Positions 18,549 to 27,673 of a DNA stretch of 64,000 bases are shown piece by piece. Within the stretch, counting starts at the first letter, position 1; the number at the start of each line of letters is the position of its first letter. This stretch comes from an uncultured delta proteobacterium (GTDB taxonomy: Bacteria > Myxococcota_A > Polyangia > Polyangiales > Houyiibacteriaceae). The notes under the pieces are model-generated. The model saw only the letters and a program-made list of their open reading frames with translations, was not told the origin of the DNA and did no database searches. Both the position numbers and the translations under genes were made by a program. Where the stretch lies: positions 192,001-256,000 of the forward strand of contig CAVOVB010000007.1 in assembly GCA_963699755.1 (NCBI GenBank), read 5' to 3'.

Positions 18549-19208
18549 TCAGCGACGGGCGACCGAAAAGCGATATGGGTAGTGAAGGTTGGCTTCAGCC
18601 CGCTGCAGCTGTCGCTCAGACAACTGCACCAGCTCGTTCAGAATGCTCGCCTTCTTCGCGAAATAACCGCCCTGACCGCGACCGTAGTAGCCGCGATGGC
18701 CATGAGCGCGACCGCAGTGGGCGCGCTCGTAGTGGCCACGTCCGTGATGACGGCTTCGTTCGAGCGATGCAAGCTCGCTGCTGAGCAGGCGAAGCCGATC
18801 CGTGTAGCGTTGGTTGACGGGCTCGCGCGCGGATTCGCGGATCTCGCGTTCGAGCCAGGCGTCGAGCGAGCGGTTGGCGTTCCATTCTGCGTCTCGATTC
18901 CGCTCCGCAGTCGCCCGCTCCCAGCGTTCGCTGATCCGGAGGATCTGGTCTAGGTCCTGACGCTGATCGAAGTAGTCGCGACGCGACGCCTGGATCGCCT
19001 TGGGCGTGTGGTTGAACGTCCTCGGCTGGGCGTAGATCGCGCGTGGGGGATCGAAGCTCGCTCGAACCGGATGAACTGTGCGCGGACCGCCCCCTCCAGC
19101 GATCACGACCGTCGTCTGACGATCTCCGCGACGACTTTGCTGCGCGTCGGCCTGGGTTACCGCCCCGAGCGCCAATGCAAAAAGCCCAATGTGAAGTAGA
19201 TATCGCAT
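18549..19208 (-). CDS. hypothetical secreted helical protein
   Basis: Signal peptide ending ADA; GAGGA RBS; His/Gly/Arg-rich insert. Confidence 0.65.
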   Translation of the reverse strand: MRYLLHIGLFALALGAVTQADAQQSRRGDRQTTVVIAGGGGPRTVHPVRASFDPPRAIYAQPRTFNHTPKAIQASRRDYFDQRQDLDQILRISERWERATAERNRDAEWNANRSLDAWLEREIRESAREPVNQRYTDRLRLLSSELASLERSRHHGRGHYERAHCGRAHGHRGYYGRGQGGYFAKKASILNELVQLSERQLQRAEANLHYPYRFSVARR

Positions 19209-19277
19209 GTTGATTCCTCGTCTCTTTCGGAGTTGTTGCGGGCTTTCCCGCGTTTCACCAACTCGGACGAGGGCAGA

Positions 19278-19294
19278 CCTTACGAAGGTCTTAA
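19278..19294 (-). promoter_or_regulatory. OmpR-family-type direct repeat box TTAAGA-N4-CGTAAGG
   Basis: Same motif as at 20105; 11-bp half-site period; upstream of 18549-19208 gene. Confidence 0.55.
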
Positions 19295-19337
19295 CAGGCG
19301 AAAGAAGGACAAAGAATCCAGATTTCGCCGTGTTCTT

Positions 19338-20066
19338 TCAGCCACTTAGGAGGGCCAGCGACTTGTTCGCACACTCGAGGACAGCGACGACCCGGGGGTC
19401 TTTTTCGAGTGCGTCCCAGAGCGCCCGGGCGCGCTCGCGGTAATCCGCCTGACTCAAGCGGCCTCGCAGCAGCTCGGAGCGAAGAAACACGAAGGTCGTT
19501 TGCACCACATCGTGCAGACAGTAGTCGCGGATCTCTGCATATCGGCGGTGCTCGAACATGCTCTGTACCTTCGAGCCATCGACGTCCATTTTGCCGGGCA
19601 TCCCAACGAGTCGCGCCAGCGCGTCGAGGCTAGGCATTCGGCTCGCGCCATAGTCCGTCAGCAGCTCCGCCAAGTCCATGTGCCCCTCGTCGCTATAGCG
19701 ATAGCGATAGTCGGCGCCGCCGCTGCGCCCTGCATAATAAGCGGGAAAAGGCACACCGTGCTTGAGCATTCGGTTGGCCAAGACTGGCAAGTCGAAGCGA
19801 CGACCGTTGAAGCTCACCATGGTCGGTAGTCGCTTTCCTATGAACTCGGCAAACTCCTGTAGAACCTTGGACTCATCCGGGGGTGCGTTTTCTTCGCCAC
19901 CAAAGGCGCCGAGCTTCTGGAGCTCGTAGTTGCCGTCGAGCCACAGGACCCCGAGTGCCACCACTTGGTGAAACGGTGCAGGAGGAAAACCGTCGACAGC
20001 CGCATCCCAGACCAGGTCGGGGTCGGGAACCGTTTCGATGTCGAGGACGAGAAAAGAGCGGGCCAC
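19338..20066 (-). CDS. 3'-5' exonuclease, PolB-like DEDD family
   Basis: LDIET, SFNGRRFDLP, HMDL, DYCLHDV motifs. Confidence 0.88.
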   Translation of the reverse strand: MARSFLVLDIETVPDPDLVWDAAVDGFPPAPFHQVVALGVLWLDGNYELQKLGAFGGEENAPPDESKVLQEFAEFIGKRLPTMVSFNGRRFDLPVLANRMLKHGVPFPAYYAGRSGGADYRYRYSDEGHMDLAELLTDYGASRMPSLDALARLVGMPGKMDVDGSKVQSMFEHRRYAEIRDYCLHDVVQTTFVFLRSELLRGRLSQADYRERARALWDALEKDPRVVAVLECANKSLALLSG

Positions 20067-20104
20067 CGACCAAAACTAGCGGAAAAGAACAAAATCCGCC
20101 CGTC

Positions 20105-20121
20105 TTAAGAATCCCGTAAGG
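20105..20121 (+). promoter_or_regulatory. OmpR-family-type direct repeat box TTAAGA-N4-CGTAAGG
   Basis: Upstream of Spy-like/RR/HK operon; duplicated at 19278-19294. Confidence 0.55.
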
Positions 20122-20172
20122 TTCGAGCCGTTTACTTCATGAAGAGGCGGAATCTCCGCGAAAGGAATAGCC

Positions 20173-20613
20173 ATGAAGTTCATCGAGAAGGAAACCATCG
20201 TCGCTGCCCTGCTGGGCGGCGTCACGGCAATCGTGCTCACCGCAGGAAGCGTCGCGCTCGCGCACGGCGGCCCTCACGGAGGCCCCCACGGCGAAAGAGG
20301 ACCTTGGTCGCCTGAGAAGATGGAGGAGCATCTGACCGAAATGACCCAGCGGCTCGATCTGAGCCCCGCACAGGAGCTCGCGATCCGGTCGATCATGGAG
20401 CAGGCGCAGGCGAAGCGTCAGGAGATCCAAGAGATGCCCGGAGGCAAAGAGAAGCTCGTGGCGATGAAGGACCTCCATTTCGCGACCGAAGATCAAATCT
20501 ATGCGAACCTCAGTTGTGAGCAGCGCGAGGATCTTCGATTGCTGAAGCGAGAGCACAAGGTCGAGCGAATGGAAGAGCGCTTCGAGCGCCATCGTTCCGC
20601 AGATCAGAAGTAA
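20173..20613 (+). CDS. Spy/CpxP-like periplasmic protein
   Basis: Signal peptide; LTxxQ-like motifs (LDLSPAQ, LSCEQ); precedes two-component pair. Confidence 0.7.
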   Translation: MKFIEKETIVAALLGGVTAIVLTAGSVALAHGGPHGGPHGERGPWSPEKMEEHLTEMTQRLDLSPAQELAIRSIMEQAQAKRQEIQEMPGGKEKLVAMKDLHFATEDQIYANLSCEQREDLRLLKREHKVERMEERFERHRSADQK

Positions 20614-20625
20614 CTGGAGAACCCG

Positions 20626-21294
20626 GTGTCCAATCGAATCCTGCTGGTGGAAGATGACGTCGCACTTGGCGAACAAGTGGTACAGACTCTTTCGCAAGCA
20701 GGGTTCGAGCCGCACTGGGTCCAGGACGGCGACGCGGCGCGTGATCTCGACCCCAACGAATACCGCGTCATCGTCTTGGACCTGATGCTCCCTGGAACCT
20801 ATGGCATGGACCTCCTAAAGCGCTACCGCGTGAAGTCCGAAGTCCCGGTCCTGATCCTGAGCGCGCGCGACGACACCGCGGACAAGATTCGCGGGCTCAA
20901 GCTCGGGGCGGACGACTATGTCACCAAACCGTTTTTCCCCGAAGAGCTCATCGCACGCATCCGAGCGTGCTTGCGCCGCCCTCATCTCGTGGGGACCGAA
21001 CGCCTCGTCGTCGGAGCCATTCAGGTCGACCTCGAGAGCCGCGAAGTCAGCAACGCCTCAGGAACGCTCTCGCTGACGCCGGTTGAATTCGAGATACTGG
21101 CCCTTCTCGCGCGACGCAAAGGCTCGGCGGTCACCCGGGAGGCTCTGGTCGACGCTGCGCTCGACCCGGCGCAAGACAGCAGCAGACGCACCCTCGACGT
21201 CCACATCTCTCGACTGCGGAGCAAGCTCGGTGACGATGCCGGACAGCTCGAAACCGTCTGGGGCATCGGCTACCGCCTCTCAGGGGGCGCGTGA
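20626..21294 (+). CDS. OmpR/PhoB family response regulator
   Basis: LLVEDD, LDLMLPG, GADDYVTKPF, DVHISRLRSKL, TVWGIGY. Confidence 0.95.
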   Translation: MSNRILLVEDDVALGEQVVQTLSQAGFEPHWVQDGDAARDLDPNEYRVIVLDLMLPGTYGMDLLKRYRVKSEVPVLILSARDDTADKIRGLKLGADDYVTKPFFPEELIARIRACLRRPHLVGTERLVVGAIQVDLESREVSNASGTLSLTPVEFEILALLARRKGSAVTREALVDAALDPAQDSSRRTLDVHISRLRSKLGDDAGQLETVWGIGYRLSGGA

Positions 21295-22679
21295 AGCTTC
21301 GCGCAAGATTGGCCTTGACCCTCGGCCTGGCCGCGATTTCCTTGCTGGTGCTCCTGGGCTGGGCTCAGTCCCGGTGGCATTCGCAGATGCGAGTGGAAGC
21401 GCTCGCCGAGGCCGCCGTGAACCGAATGGAATCCGGAGGACGAGAGCGATGCGAAGCCGACCCCGAACGGTGGCCCGGCGTGCAGGGCGAACGACGGCCC
21501 CGACGGCATCCCAGCCCTCCGCACCAAACGCTTCCACGCCATCGGATTTCTGCCTACGACACGAATTTCGAGAGCGCCAATCCAGACAACCCCGTCTTCC
21601 CAAAGGCACTCAAAGAGCAACTGAAGGCCGGGAACGAAGTCGCGACCGTTCGCTCCCGGGACCAGCGCCGTACGGAAGTAGCGGTTCGAATGCCTTGGAA
21701 CGAGGGCCCCTGTGCGGTGTTGCTCATGCAATCCAAAGGACCGCCATCTTGGTTTTCTGGCGCGGTGCTGATGCCAGCATTTCTGGTTGGGCTGGTCGTG
21801 GTGCTCGTCGCGCTCTTTGCGGCGGGCCCCATCGTTTTCCGAGTGCGGCAGCTGACGGAATCGGTCCGCACGCTTGGCAGCGGCTCGGAGGAGCCTATTC
21901 ACGTCGAGGGGAGCGACGAGATTGCCGAGCTCGGCGCGGCCTTCGAGCAAAGCCGCCAAACGATCCAAGCGCAACTCGCATCGCTGCGCGAACGCGAAGC
22001 TGCGCTCCGCAACTACATCGCCAACACGACACACGACGTGATGCTTCCATTGAGCGTCCTACAGGGCCACTTGGTTTCGCTACAGCAGCGAATCGAAGCT
22101 GGCGAAATGCTCGATGCGAGAGCGATCGTGCCGAGCCTCGAGGAGTCCCAGTACCTCGGTTCGCTTCTACACAACCTCAATGCCGCGGCGAGACTCGAAG
22201 CCAACGATGGGCTGACCCATCGCGACCCGATCGACTTGAACCGCCTGGTCGAGCGCGTAGTCGAAAGGCATCGACCAATCGCGAAGCGGAAGCATATCAG
22301 CCTGGATCTAGCAGTGCCGGAAGCCGCGATCGAGTTCCTCAGTGACCTCACGCTGCTCGAGCAGGCGCTCGGCAACATCGTGCAGAACGCCATTCGCTAC
22401 AACCGCGCGGACGGCCATGTGGCCGTCATCCTCGAAGGAGCTCCGAAGAGCTGGTCGCTTCGGGTGGTCGACGACGGCCCTGGGATCCCCGAGATCGAAC
22501 GTGACCGAGTGGTTGAACCCTCGTTCCGCGGAAGCGAAGCACGGACTCGGCATCCGCACGGAATGGGTTTGGGGCTTCATATTGCGAGCGATGTCGCCAA
22601 GCGGCACGGACTACGCCTCGAGCTGCGCGACACCGATGGCGGCGGCCTGACGGTCGAGCTGATCTACGCGAGCCAATAG
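21291..22679 (+). CDS. HAMP-domain sensor histidine kinase
   Basis: Two TMs, HAMP (DEIAEL), H-box THDVMLPL, N-box NIVQNAIRY, DDGPG, GMGLGL. Confidence 0.93.
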   Translation: MKLRARLALTLGLAAISLLVLLGWAQSRWHSQMRVEALAEAAVNRMESGGRERCEADPERWPGVQGERRPRRHPSPPHQTLPRHRISAYDTNFESANPDNPVFPKALKEQLKAGNEVATVRSRDQRRTEVAVRMPWNEGPCAVLLMQSKGPPSWFSGAVLMPAFLVGLVVVLVALFAAGPIVFRVRQLTESVRTLGSGSEEPIHVEGSDEIAELGAAFEQSRQTIQAQLASLREREAALRNYIANTTHDVMLPLSVLQGHLVSLQQRIEAGEMLDARAIVPSLEESQYLGSLLHNLNAAARLEANDGLTHRDPIDLNRLVERVVERHRPIAKRKHISLDLAVPEAAIEFLSDLTLLEQALGNIVQNAIRYNRADGHVAVILEGAPKSWSLRVVDDGPGIPEIERDRVVEPSFRGSEARTRHPHGMGLGLHIASDVAKRHGLRLELRDTDGGGLTVELIYASQ

Positions 22680-22749
22680 GGGTGCAATCGGTCGACGCGA
22701 TACTTGACCGAAACCCTGGACCGTGCGGAAATTGCGAAGCGGAGGACCG

Positions 22750-23106
22750 ATGTTCAAAGAGATACTTCAAGACTTGGTCGATCGAACCGATGGTGGGGTA
22801 GCCGGGCTGCTGATGGCGTCCGATGGAATCGCGATCGATCAATATTCGAAGGGCGACGGCCCCTTCGATATCGAGTCGGTGGGCATGGAGTACAGCGTCG
22901 TGCTCAAGGGGGTTCAGCGCGCTGGCGAAATGCTAGACACCGGGAGCACGAGCGAGATCTCGGTCCAGACCGAGCGGCTCACGACCGTCGTTCGCCTTTT
23001 GACCGACGAATACTTCGTCGCGCTCGCGGTTGCGCCCGGCGGAAATGTCGGGAAGGCACGATACCTGCTACGAACGAGCGCACCCAAGCTGATCGAAAAC
23101 CTCTGA
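22750..23106 (+). CDS. mglC: roadblock/LC7 domain protein, MglC-like
   Basis: LMASDGIAI roadblock motif; GNVGKARYLL; GGAGG RBS; position upstream of accBC and a TPR gene as in myxobacterial mglC loci. Confidence 0.65.
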   Translation: MFKEILQDLVDRTDGGVAGLLMASDGIAIDQYSKGDGPFDIESVGMEYSVVLKGVQRAGEMLDTGSTSEISVQTERLTTVVRLLTDEYFVALAVAPGGNVGKARYLLRTSAPKLIENL

Positions 23107-23110
23107 TCCC

Positions 23111-23566
23111 ATGGCGGCTTCGGTGAAACGCATCCTCGTGCTAAACGGACCCAACCTCAATTTGCTGGGTACCCGCGAACCTGATGTCTACGGTGCGACC
23201 ACCTTGGACGACGTCGAACGGGCACTGCAGGACCTGAGCAAGGACCTTGGTGCTACGATCGACTGCCGGCAGTCCAATCAGGAAGGCCAGCTCATCGATT
23301 GGCTTCACGAGGCGCGCGAGTCATTCGACGGCGTGGTCCTCAACCCGGGCGGCCTCACGCACACATCGGTCTCCTTGCGTGATGGAATCGCGGCAACCGG
23401 ACTTCCCGTCGTCGAGGTACACATTTCGAATACCGCGGCGCGCGAGTCGTTTCGCCACCAGTCAGTCACGGCTGCGGTATGTATCGGATCTGTGATTGGG
23501 TTCGGAAAGAATAGCTACATGCTTGGCCTTCGCGCCCTAATCGACTATTTGAACGCTGCTGGCTGA
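23111..23566 (+). CDS. aroQ: type II 3-dehydroquinate dehydratase
   Basis: [39 protein letters not shown]. Confidence 0.97.
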   Translation: MAASVKRILVLNGPNLNLLGTREPDVYGATTLDDVERALQDLSKDLGATIDCRQSNQEGQLIDWLHEARESFDGVVLNPGGLTHTSVSLRDGIAATGLPVVEVHISNTAARESFRHQSVTAAVCIGSVIGFGKNSYMLGLRALIDYLNAAG

Positions 23567-23589
23567 TCAAACCGCCGCCGGGGAACACC

Positions 23590-24039
23590 ATGAAGTTGGA
23601 CTTGGATCAACTGCGCGCGCTCATTCGACTCCTTGACGAAGCGAACCTCACCGAGATCGAAGTCTCACACGATGACGACCGCATTCGGGTGTGCCGTCAA
23701 CCCTCGCCCCTGCCTGGCGCCACGGCCACCGAATTGGCAGCGCCGGCGACTCCGGGCTCGGTGCCGGCAAGCACGGCATCCGGGACCGAGGATGACGATA
23801 GAGCCTACGTGACCTCTCCCTTCGTCGGCACCTTCTATCGCTCGCCCTCGCCGAACGGCGACCCCTTCGTCGATGTCGGCGACCCAATCGTCCCTGGCCA
23901 AGTCCTTTGCATCGTAGAGGCCATGAAGCTCATGAATGAAATCGAAGCAGAGGTTGACGGAACAATCGTCGAAATACTGGTCGAGAACGGCAAACCCGTG
24001 GAGTACGGCGATCGGCTCTTTCGAGTCGAAATCAGCTGA
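23590..24039 (+). CDS. accB: acetyl-CoA carboxylase biotin carboxyl carrier protein
   Basis: [17 protein letters not shown] biotinylation motif. Confidence 0.97.
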   Translation: MKLDLDQLRALIRLLDEANLTEIEVSHDDDRIRVCRQPSPLPGATATELAAPATPGSVPASTASGTEDDDRAYVTSPFVGTFYRSPSPNGDPFVDVGDPIVPGQVLCIVEAMKLMNEIEAEVDGTIVEILVENGKPVEYGDRLFRVEIS

Positions 24040-24042
24040 GCC

Positions 24043-25410
24043 GTGTTCGGGAAAGTCCTCATTGCCAATCGGGGAGAGATCGCGGTTCGCGTGATTCGCT
24101 CATGTCGTGAGCTCGGTCTGCGAACGGTTGCCGTGCACAGCGAAATCGACGCGGACGCCTTGCACACCCGGCTGGCCGATGAAGCCATTTGCATCGGGCC
24201 TGCCGATCCGAGCCGCAGCTACTTGCACATCCCCGCGATCATTGCGGCGGCTGAGATTACGGGCGCCGACGCGGTTCACCCCGGCTACGGCTTCCTATCG
24301 GAAAACCCGGAATTCGCCGAAACCTGCGCACAATGCGGGCTTCTATTCATCGGACCGCTTCCCGAACAGATGCGCCTCTGGGGTGACAAGGTGAGCGCTC
24401 GAGCGCTGGCGAAGTCTCTGGGCCTTCCAATTATCGAGGGAACCGAGCTCATCGAGGACATCGAGGATGCGGTTAGAAAAGCGGAGTCACTAGGTTTTCC
24501 GGTGCTCCTGAAAGCATCGGGCGGTGGCGGCGGCCGCGGCATGCACGTCTTGCAATCGAAAGAAGCACTGCGAGCAGTATTCGAAACTGCTCGCGCCGAA
24601 TCCCGAGCCGCTTTCGGGAACGACTCACTCTACTTCGAGAAGTTCCTCGAGCGCCCGAGGCACATCGAATTTCAGATCCTCGGAGACATGCAGGGAAACA
24701 TTCGCGTGCTGGGCGAGCGCGAGTGCTCCATCCAGCGACGCCATCAGAAGATCCTCGAAGAGGCGCCGAGCGTGGCTCTAACGGACGAGATGCGGGACGA
24801 CGTCTCCGCCACCATCGAGCGCGCGATGCGCGAGGTTGGGTATCTATCCGCCGGGACGCTCGAGTTTCTGCTCGATGAGCGCGGCCAGCTGACTTTCCTC
24901 GAGATGAATCCGCGCATCCAAGTCGAGCATCCGGTGACCGAGCTCGTCATGGGCATCGACTTGATCGCTGAGCAAATTCGCATCGCGGACGGGCAGCCCC
25001 TGGAGCTGCCGCCGCAGCCACTCGCTCCACGAGGCCATGCGATCGAGTGCCGGATCAACGCCGAAGATCCAGACACCTTCGCGCCGTCGCCGGGCATGAT
25101 TACCGAGCTTCATATGGCAGGTGGAACGGGCGTCCGAGTCGATAGTGGGATCTTCGGAGGCGGGCGCGTACCCCCATATTATGACCCATTGGTCGCAAAG
25201 CTCATCGTACATGCGCGGACACGTGCCCAAGCCATCGCAAAGATGCGCCGAGCGCTCCGAGAGACGATCATCGGGGGCATTCGCACCAACATTCCGCTTC
25301 ACCAGAGGATTCTGGAGCACCCCGCGTTCGAAGAAGGCCGGATTTCCACGGGATTCCTCGATGACCTTCAGGCCCGGCGCATGTTGACCGCCCCCGTGCG
25401 GCATGAGTAG
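24043..25410 (+). CDS. accC: acetyl-CoA carboxylase biotin carboxylase
   Basis: ANRGEIA, HPGYGFLSEN, GGGGRGM, RECSIQRRHQK, EMNPRIQVEH. Confidence 0.97.
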   Translation: MFGKVLIANRGEIAVRVIRSCRELGLRTVAVHSEIDADALHTRLADEAICIGPADPSRSYLHIPAIIAAAEITGADAVHPGYGFLSENPEFAETCAQCGLLFIGPLPEQMRLWGDKVSARALAKSLGLPIIEGTELIEDIEDAVRKAESLGFPVLLKASGGGGGRGMHVLQSKEALRAVFETARAESRAAFGNDSLYFEKFLERPRHIEFQILGDMQGNIRVLGERECSIQRRHQKILEEAPSVALTDEMRDDVSATIERAMREVGYLSAGTLEFLLDERGQLTFLEMNPRIQVEHPVTELVMGIDLIAEQIRIADGQPLELPPQPLAPRGHAIECRINAEDPDTFAPSPGMITELHMAGGTGVRVDSGIFGGGRVPPYYDPLVAKLIVHARTRAQAIAKMRRALRETIIGGIRTNIPLHQRILEHPAFEEGRISTGFLDDLQARRMLTAPVRHE

Positions 25411-25453
25411 ACTTGTGTGGGTGTACTGAACGTACGGGGGCTTAGCAGGGGCT

Positions 25454-27652
25454 TTGGCGATCAACAGGAATAAGGTCTTGGACGCGGCGCGGACCTACCA
25501 GTCACGCGGTCAATACGACAAAGCGATCGCGCAGTACCAAAAACTGGTCGCTGCGGACAAGCGTGACGTTCGTTCCCTGCTGAAGATCGGTGATCTGCAT
25601 GTGCGCGCCGGCAACCGCCGTGCAGCCATCCAGACCTACGAGACCGTCGCGAACCACTACGCCGCACAGGGCTTCTTCTTGAAAGCGATCGCGGTGTACA
25701 AGCAGATCCTGAAGCTGGACCCGTCGAGACTCGATGCGCAGGTACGACTCGGCGAGATGTACGAGCACCTCCAACTGGTGAGCGACGCAATGAGCGTGTT
25801 CGAGGACGCGTCCAACGCCTTCATGCGCGCCGGCGATGCCGAGCAGGCACTGGTGATGCTCGGCAAGATCGTCGACATCGACCCGGAGCACATTCCCGTT
25901 CGCATCAAGTACGCCGAGGCGCTTTCACGGGCTGGGCGAACCCAGGAGGCGGCAAGCGAGTTCGAACAGGGTGCGGCCCTCTTGAAAGAACAGGGCCGAC
26001 TCGAAGACTACATCAAAGTCGCAGAGCGACTCTTGTACCACCGCGGCAACGATGTCCAGGTGGCCAAAGAGCTTGCCGAAACATACATCTCGCGTCGCGA
26101 TCCGAAGCGCGCACTCGCGAAGCTGCAAATCTGTTTCAAGGCAGACCCTCGCGATGTTTCGACCTTGTCGCTGCTCGCAGAAGCTTTCCTGATGCTGTCG
26201 CAGACCGATAAGGCAATCAGCGTGTATCGCGAAATCGCACGAATACACCGCGAGGCCCATCGGCCGCAGGAAAGAATGGGTGCTTTGCACCGCATCCTGC
26301 AGCTCAATCCGAACGACACAGAGGCACAGACGGCGTTGCAGAAGACCGCCTCGGCTTCGGGGCAGCATTTCATGCCGCCGAGCACGGCCCGTGAGCCTTC
26401 AGGGCTCGTCGGCTCGGCTTCAACGCAGAAGCCGAGCATCGCATCGCAGCTGAGCACCCAATCGGCCAGCCTGAGCTCGGCGTCCAATCTGAGCTACCAG
26501 CCCAGCGTCAGCGATGCTTCCAGCCTCACGGGTACGTCAGGCATCATGTTCGTCGAGGAAGACATCGAAGAGGGAAGCACCCTCAGCGGCTCGCTGCCCG
26601 CGCTCTCGGAGGAGCCTAGTGGGTTCGAAGGCTCTTACCCCTCGATCCCATCGGCTCCCCGCACGCCCGTCGGCGCACGCGTGATCCCCATGCGCACGAC
26701 CTCTCCGATGACGTATTCGGAGTTCCTCGCACTGCCACTGGTGGGCACCCGAGTCGCACCGGCTAGCGCTGCGACCGCGCCCAGCCTGATGGAACAGACG
26801 TTGGAGCTCGCCGACTCGTACTTGGTGGACGGCCTGTTCAGTCAAGCGCGTGCGATCGTCAGCGAGCTGCAGCTGACCCTTCCCAACCATCCCCTGGTGC
26901 TCGACAAAGCGCGCGAAATAGAAGCGCTGGCCGCCGCTTCTTCAGGCATCTCCGCAGTTGCGCAGCCACTGATTCAACCGGCCGCGCCCTCGGCCCCTTC
27001 ACATTCGATCTCCGACGCACCGGAGGTGGAGCTTGAATACGAAGAGCTCGAACCGGGCGACGAGGGTTTCGACTTCGCTGAGAGGCTCGCCGAGGAGCTT
27101 GCCGAGGTCGCGGACATCTCGCCGGTGGACGAAGGCGCCGAGATGATCGACGTCGATACCGTCTTCGAGCAGTTCAAGGCCGGCGTCGCGGAGCAGGTGG
27201 CCGACGACGACAGCGACACGCACTTCGATCTCGGCATTGCCTACAAAGAAATGGGACTGCATTCCGATGCGCGCAGAGAGTTCCAGGTCGCGATGAGCGA
27301 TCCCCGCCGGCGCTGCCTCTGCTGGACGATGATCGGCCTCATCTACATGGAAGAGGGCCAGACGCGCGACGCGATCGAAGCGTTCCAATCTGGTCTCGAA
27401 AGCCCGGAGAAGACCGCAACGGAATCGGTTGGATTGCACTACGAGCTCGGGGTCGCCTGCGAAGCCAGCGGCCTCACGGACCAGGCACGCCTGCACTATC
27501 AGTACGTTTTTCAGCGCGAACCGCGCTATCGCGAGGTCAATCATCGTCTGCTTCGTCTCGGCGGCCCGACCGAGAGCTCGGACGACGATTTGCTCCTCGA
27601 ATCGATGGACGATGTGAATCGAGCCTTCGACGAGTTGATCCATCAGGACTGA
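25454..27652 (+). CDS. sgmX: tetratricopeptide repeat protein, SgmX-like
   Basis: N-terminal TPR array, Ser/Pro-rich linker, C-terminal TPRs with DSDTHFDLGIAYKEMGL; directly downstream of accC; TTG start. Confidence 0.6.
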   Translation: MAINRNKVLDAARTYQSRGQYDKAIAQYQKLVAADKRDVRSLLKIGDLHVRAGNRRAAIQTYETVANHYAAQGFFLKAIAVYKQILKLDPSRLDAQVRLGEMYEHLQLVSDAMSVFEDASNAFMRAGDAEQALVMLGKIVDIDPEHIPVRIKYAEALSRAGRTQEAASEFEQGAALLKEQGRLEDYIKVAERLLYHRGNDVQVAKELAETYISRRDPKRALAKLQICFKADPRDVSTLSLLAEAFLMLSQTDKAISVYREIARIHREAHRPQERMGALHRILQLNPNDTEAQTALQKTASASGQHFMPPSTAREPSGLVGSASTQKPSIASQLSTQSASLSSASNLSYQPSVSDASSLTGTSGIMFVEEDIEEGSTLSGSLPALSEEPSGFEGSYPSIPSAPRTPVGARVIPMRTTSPMTYSEFLALPLVGTRVAPASAATAPSLMEQTLELADSYLVDGLFSQARAIVSELQLTLPNHPLVLDKAREIEALAAASSGISAVAQPLIQPAAPSAPSHSISDAPEVELEYEELEPGDEGFDFAERLAEELAEVADISPVDEGAEMIDVDTVFEQFKAGVAEQVADDDSDTHFDLGIAYKEMGLHSDARREFQVAMSDPRRRCLCWTMIGLIYMEEGQTRDAIEAFQSGLESPEKTATESVGLHYELGVACEASGLTDQARLHYQYVFQREPRYREVNHRLLRLGGPTESSDDDLLLESMDDVNRAFDELIHQD

Positions 27653-27673
27653 GCCCTATACACTCGGCGGAGA

